DNA from: SAR202 cluster bacterium AC-409-J13_OGT_754m
GTDB taxonomy: Bacteria > Chloroflexota > Dehalococcoidia > Lucifugimonadales > GCA-2712585
Reading direction: 5' to 3'
Length of the DNA stretch: 64,000 nucleotides
Assembly (NCBI GenBank): GCA_009391235.1
Contig: VEXD01000004.1
Span: forward strand, 5,338 to 69,337
The position numbers were made by a program, and so were the translations under genes. The notes beneath the pieces are model-generated. The model was not told the DNA's origin. It did not search any database and saw only the letters and a list, made by a program, of their open reading frames with translations. This document shows, piece by piece, positions 60,185 to 64,000 of the stretch (positions are counted from its first letter, which is position 1; each line of letters begins with the position of its first letter).

Positions 60185-61492
60185 ATGAAAGTCTTTCACA
60201 AGGGATCAAGCAAAAATAATATAGCGGACACAAATAAGACTTTTTATTTTCATTATGCTTGGGTAATAGTGGCAATAATAGCAGGCATGCAAATGGTGGG
60301 TGCTTCCGTTCGTATGGCATTTGGGGTTTTCATAGAACCTATGAGTGAAGGGTTTGGCTGGAGTCACGGATCGATAACTTTGTCGTATGCCATATCTCAT
60401 GTAATATCTGCTCTTGCTTCACCGTGGGCAGGCAGATTTGGCGATAAGCATGGTGCTAGACGGGCTATGTTTTTGGGGTGTGGTTTGTTTGTAGTTGGTA
60501 TGATCCTAACCGGTATGGCTACAGAGTTGTGGCAAATATATGCCTCTTTTGGAATATTAATCGGGATTTCTGAAGCCCTGTTTTTGGTTCCTCTGATACC
60601 GTCAGCGATGATATGGTTTCGACGTCATCTTGGATGGGGTATGGGCGTTCTAATGCTTGGTTGGGGATTAGGACCGGCGGTGTCGGCTCCTTTAATGGGA
60701 TTTATGATAGAAAGATTAGGTTGGCAGTGGACTTTTTGGGTTACTGCTGGAGTTTCATCTATTATCATGGCACCCATGATTTACTTCTTTAGAAATAAGC
60801 CATCAGATATGGGGTTGCTACCCTATGGGGCAATTAAAAATGATGGCCCGGAAATCGTTGCTAATCTTGATAAAGATAAGGTTCGTGTGTTTACCAAATA
60901 TATTAGTAAGACTAGTGCTTATTGGAACATGAGCTCAATTCACTTTTTGGGTTGTGTAGGGCATGCTGTAATCCTTGTATACCTAATACCTATTGCATTG
61001 CATGAAGGAATCTCTTTAGTAGTCGCGGCTAGTTTATTAACTGTAATGTCTGGGGTTAGTATTGTGACTAGGTTAGCTACTCCTGTTCTTGCAGACAAGC
61101 ATGGGCCTAAACTGGTGATGTTTTGCTTTTACTTTATCCAGGGTGTCACCGTTCTGATGCTATTTGGGGCTCATGAAACATATGTGTTTTATTTATTTGC
61201 AGTTAGTTTTGGGATCGGCTACGGTGGTGAAACCGGTGGATTTCCGATACTAAACAGAAAGTATTATGGGTATGCGCCAGTAGGTTCGGCCCACGGTTTC
61301 CAAATGCTTGGGGCTGGGCTGGGAATGGCCTTAGGTGGATGGATAGGTGGAGTTTTATTTGATATATACGGGACATATGATATTGCGTTAGCAGTGTCCG
61401 TGCTATCTAGTATTGCTGGTGCCCTAAGCATACTGTTATTAGAATCCACCAATAAACTTCTTATACCGGACTGGGAAACAAGCCAGGCGTAA
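60185..61492 (+). CDS. MFS transporter
   Basis: FHYAWVIV, GRFGDKHGAR motif A, about 12 TM segments, GGVLFDIYGTYD. Confidence 0.9.
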   Translation: MKVFHKGSSKNNIADTNKTFYFHYAWVIVAIIAGMQMVGASVRMAFGVFIEPMSEGFGWSHGSITLSYAISHVISALASPWAGRFGDKHGARRAMFLGCGLFVVGMILTGMATELWQIYASFGILIGISEALFLVPLIPSAMIWFRRHLGWGMGVLMLGWGLGPAVSAPLMGFMIERLGWQWTFWVTAGVSSIIMAPMIYFFRNKPSDMGLLPYGAIKNDGPEIVANLDKDKVRVFTKYISKTSAYWNMSSIHFLGCVGHAVILVYLIPIALHEGISLVVAASLLTVMSGVSIVTRLATPVLADKHGPKLVMFCFYFIQGVTVLMLFGAHETYVFYLFAVSFGIGYGGETGGFPILNRKYYGYAPVGSAHGFQMLGAGLGMALGGWIGGVLFDIYGTYDIALAVSVLSSIAGALSILLLESTNKLLIPDWETSQA

Positions 61493-61576
61493 AAAGGAAA
61501 GCACTCTGTGTATCCTTCCACGGATGAGGTTCTACCATAAATTGTTATACGACCTAGTACTGCTTTACTAGGGAAT

Positions 61577-61636
61577 TTGCATTGTTACTTTCCCTTATGT
61601 ATACTCTGGAATCTACGTAAGTAAGTCATTACTTAC
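61577..61636 (+). promoter_or_regulatory. Promoter and palindromic operator of the tetR-SBP operon
   Basis: TTGCAT (61577-61582), N17, TATACT (61600-61605), then perfect inverted repeat GTAAGTAA-GTCA-TTACTTAC (61617-61636). Confidence 0.7.
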
Positions 61637-61659
61637 CAAATATGTAAGGTGTAATCTGT

Positions 61660-62337
61660 TTGATAACCGCAGGGCGACAACGTCACTATATTAGGCAAAT
61701 TCAAATCTTAGCTGCAGTCAGAAGGATTGTCAGCAACTATGGTTTGCAGAGGTTAACCATACACGATATCGCTAGAGAGATAGGTGTTACCGAAGGCGCT
61801 ATTTATCGGCACTTTAGAAGCAAACGAGAAATACTGAACTATGTTGTAGAAGCATGGAAGGAAACCCTTATGGGGGCTTTACCAGATATAGGGTTCGACC
61901 ACATTTCCCCTATAGATGATTTGCGGAATACCTTTCTTGAACAACTGAGTGATGTAGAAGAATATAGAGGATTAGCTTTTGCAGTAGTAGCTGAATCAAT
62001 GATCATGCATGGTGCCGGCGTAGGTGATCAGATAGCGCAAGTCATACGGGAATATATGGACCGTATCAAGTCAATTCTTCAACGTGGGGTAGTAGATGGA
62101 AGTATTCGTTCTGATCTAGACATAGAAACGGCATCTATTATGTTTTTAGGAATGGTTCAGACTACTGCTAGACTCTGGTCTTTGGGGCATTTTCGTGATG
62201 GGATATCTAAGCATGCAAATTCCGCTTGGGATTTATATATGACAGGAATATCTTCCCCAAATGATTCTTCGATGAAGAATATGATTCCTAATATGTTAAT
62301 ACAGGAACAAAACAAAGCAAAGAACTTAAGTAAGTAG
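61660..62337 (+). CDS. TetR/AcrR family transcriptional regulator
   Basis: HTH LTIHDIAREIGVTEGAIYRHFRSK. Confidence 0.92.
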   Translation: MITAGRQRHYIRQIQILAAVRRIVSNYGLQRLTIHDIAREIGVTEGAIYRHFRSKREILNYVVEAWKETLMGALPDIGFDHISPIDDLRNTFLEQLSDVEEYRGLAFAVVAESMIMHGAGVGDQIAQVIREYMDRIKSILQRGVVDGSIRSDLDIETASIMFLGMVQTTARLWSLGHFRDGISKHANSAWDLYMTGISSPNDSSMKNMIPNMLIQEQNKAKNLSK

Positions 62338-62347
62338 AGGAGGAGTA

Positions 62348-63904
62348 ATGGAGCAAAGAAATATGAGGCCTCGGTTTGTGATGCGAGGTATTTGGTACAC
62401 TTTTGGACTTTTGATGATATTGGTCCTTGGCATTACCGCTTGTGGCGATTCCACTAAATCAGGAGGAACGCTTAAAGTTGGCATGCTATCAGACCACGTT
62501 ACGTTCGACCCCCCATTGGTACTGGGGATGCCGGATATTTATACAGCGGTACATGCATATGATGTGTTGGTTTTCAGGAATCCTGACATGACGCTTAGTC
62601 CGGGATTGGCAGAATCATGGGAGACTAATGATGATGCATCCCATTGGACTTTTAACTTGCGCAAAGGTGTTCATTTTAACAGTTATGAAAATGGACAGAT
62701 TGTTCAAGGCAAAGAGTTTAAGGCTGAGGACGTAGTATTCAGCATAAACAGGATTTTCGAGGTTGAATCACCCATAGCTGGCACCTTGGTTAAGCCTGAA
62801 GCTATGATAGTTATAGATGATTACACAATACGTATGGAGTTTGATGGACCTAACGCACCGCTTCTAGATGCATTGGTGAAGTATGCGTCGCAGATGACTC
62901 CTTCTGACGTAGATACAGACCTTTTTCAAGCACGAACATTTGGGAGTGGTCCGTTCATAGCGACAGAACATGTAATCGGCGAGCGTACAAGCTTTGTGAA
63001 AAACCCAAACTATTGGAATAAACCATATCCAATGGTAGATGAGATGATCTTCGTGTTTTTACCGAGTCCTGAGGCTAGAGCAGAAGCTTTGAAGGCTGGG
63101 ATAATTGACGTTATTGCAGACTTGGACGCTACCAGCATTCCTGGCTTGGAAAGTCATGCTGACACAGCGGTTTTGGAAGCGCCAAGCGGTGGCTACATGA
63201 ACCTTGCGATGAATATCACCCAAGCCCCTTTCGATAACAAAAAACTGCGGCAAGCAATCCAGGCGGCAACTGATAGAAAAGCCGTTATACAAGGTGCACA
63301 GTTCGGTAAAGGTTCAATCGGTTACGACCATCCGGTCGTGCCAACTGACCCTGTATTCAATGAAGCTTGCGTGCCTCCAGATTACGATCCTGAGTTAGCT
63401 AAGAGCTTGCTTAAGGAAGCTGGATATCCGGATGGCATTGATCTTACTTTGCACACTTCGACAGCCGGAGCTTCCATGGTGGAAATGGCTACTGTTCTTA
63501 AAGAGAGTTTTAGGCCTGCAGGTATTAATCTAGAGATAGTAGTTATGCCAGAGGATGGTTATTGGGCTGAAGGTTGGATGGTAAAACCGTTCGTCACTGT
63601 CTGGTGGGGAGGAAGACCTCCTTATGAGGGATTCAGTGTAGTGTATAGAGGCGGTGGTTCTTGGAATGAGACCTTCTATGCTAACGACCGAGTAGATGCT
63701 TTATTAGACGAAGCATTAGGCGCAGCCAGCCTTGAAGATCAGAAGAGGATTTATGGGGAACTCCAATGCATTGTTGTAGATGAGGTTCCTCGAGTGGTAG
63801 TAGCATTTAGACCAGTGACTCTAGGTGTCAGAACTGACGTACAGGATGCTGTACCTATGTGGGATGCCACTATAGATATGCGTAGGGTCTGGTTGGATAG
63901 ATAG
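62348..63904 (+). CDS. ABC transporter substrate-binding lipoprotein, family 5 (peptide/nickel)
   Basis: Lipobox ITAC, PGLAESWE, WTFNLRKGVHF, GSGPF, NPNYW, PFDNKKLRQAI. Confidence 0.92.
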   Translation: MEQRNMRPRFVMRGIWYTFGLLMILVLGITACGDSTKSGGTLKVGMLSDHVTFDPPLVLGMPDIYTAVHAYDVLVFRNPDMTLSPGLAESWETNDDASHWTFNLRKGVHFNSYENGQIVQGKEFKAEDVVFSINRIFEVESPIAGTLVKPEAMIVIDDYTIRMEFDGPNAPLLDALVKYASQMTPSDVDTDLFQARTFGSGPFIATEHVIGERTSFVKNPNYWNKPYPMVDEMIFVFLPSPEARAEALKAGIIDVIADLDATSIPGLESHADTAVLEAPSGGYMNLAMNITQAPFDNKKLRQAIQAATDRKAVIQGAQFGKGSIGYDHPVVPTDPVFNEACVPPDYDPELAKSLLKEAGYPDGIDLTLHTSTAGASMVEMATVLKESFRPAGINLEIVVMPEDGYWAEGWMVKPFVTVWWGGRPPYEGFSVVYRGGGSWNETFYANDRVDALLDEALGAASLEDQKRIYGELQCIVVDEVPRVVVAFRPVTLGVRTDVQDAVPMWDATIDMRRVWLDR

Positions 63905-63959
63905 CAGCCTGCACACTTAATTAGGCAGGGCAAACCAAAAAAAAGTTTAAGCAAATAGA

Positions 63960-63989
63960 GCTTGAGGGGCCCTATAGGGCCCCTCAAGC
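63960..63989. repeat. Perfect 30-bp palindrome downstream of the SBP gene
   Basis: GCTTGAGGGGCCCTA|TAGGGCCCCTCAAGC is exactly self-complementary. Confidence 0.85.
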
Positions 63990-64000
63990 AGTTTCTAGGT

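Overview
Gene-dense, roughly 40% GC bacterial chromosomal segment. The gene repertoire and protein styles (alpha2-type GlyRS, DUF3090/SCO1664 pair, Chloroflexota-style atp operon, many amidohydrolases, SDR, MFS and family-5 SBP genes) suggest Chloroflexota, probably Dehalococcoidia/SAR202-like; this is inference. Housekeeping genes: pyrD, pccB-like carboxyltransferase, folP-folK, sbcD, glyQS, acpS, folD, queA, thiolase, a complete F1Fo operon (atpI/Z-B-E-F-H-A-G-D-C), plsY, rex, aspS, tig-clpP, topA-xerC-aroQ-pepP-efp-xseAB, tRNA-Ile2(CAU) and tRNA-Ser(GGA). Accessory catabolic blocks lie at about 9.8-26.8 kb and 57-64 kb. No CRISPR array, IS element or prophage was found. Signals the ORF track misses: (1) a 33-codon single-TM ORF with a perfect SD between atpB and atpE, in an operon whose a and c subunits carry extensions and whose promoter is overlapped by a Rex-like box; (2) an in-frame UGA in a UxxC motif with a downstream SECIS-like hairpin in the DUF3179 gene at the window start; (3) an oxalate-CoA ligase plus PanE2-like reductase, MFS and amidase cluster; (4) a PemK/MazF toxin whose putative antitoxin has an in-frame amber codon; (5) a Trm112 gene and a leaderless 31-aa membrane peptide gene, both below the ORF cutoff; (6) a long helical insertion in GlyRS and a non-canonical KMQQR EF-P loop.
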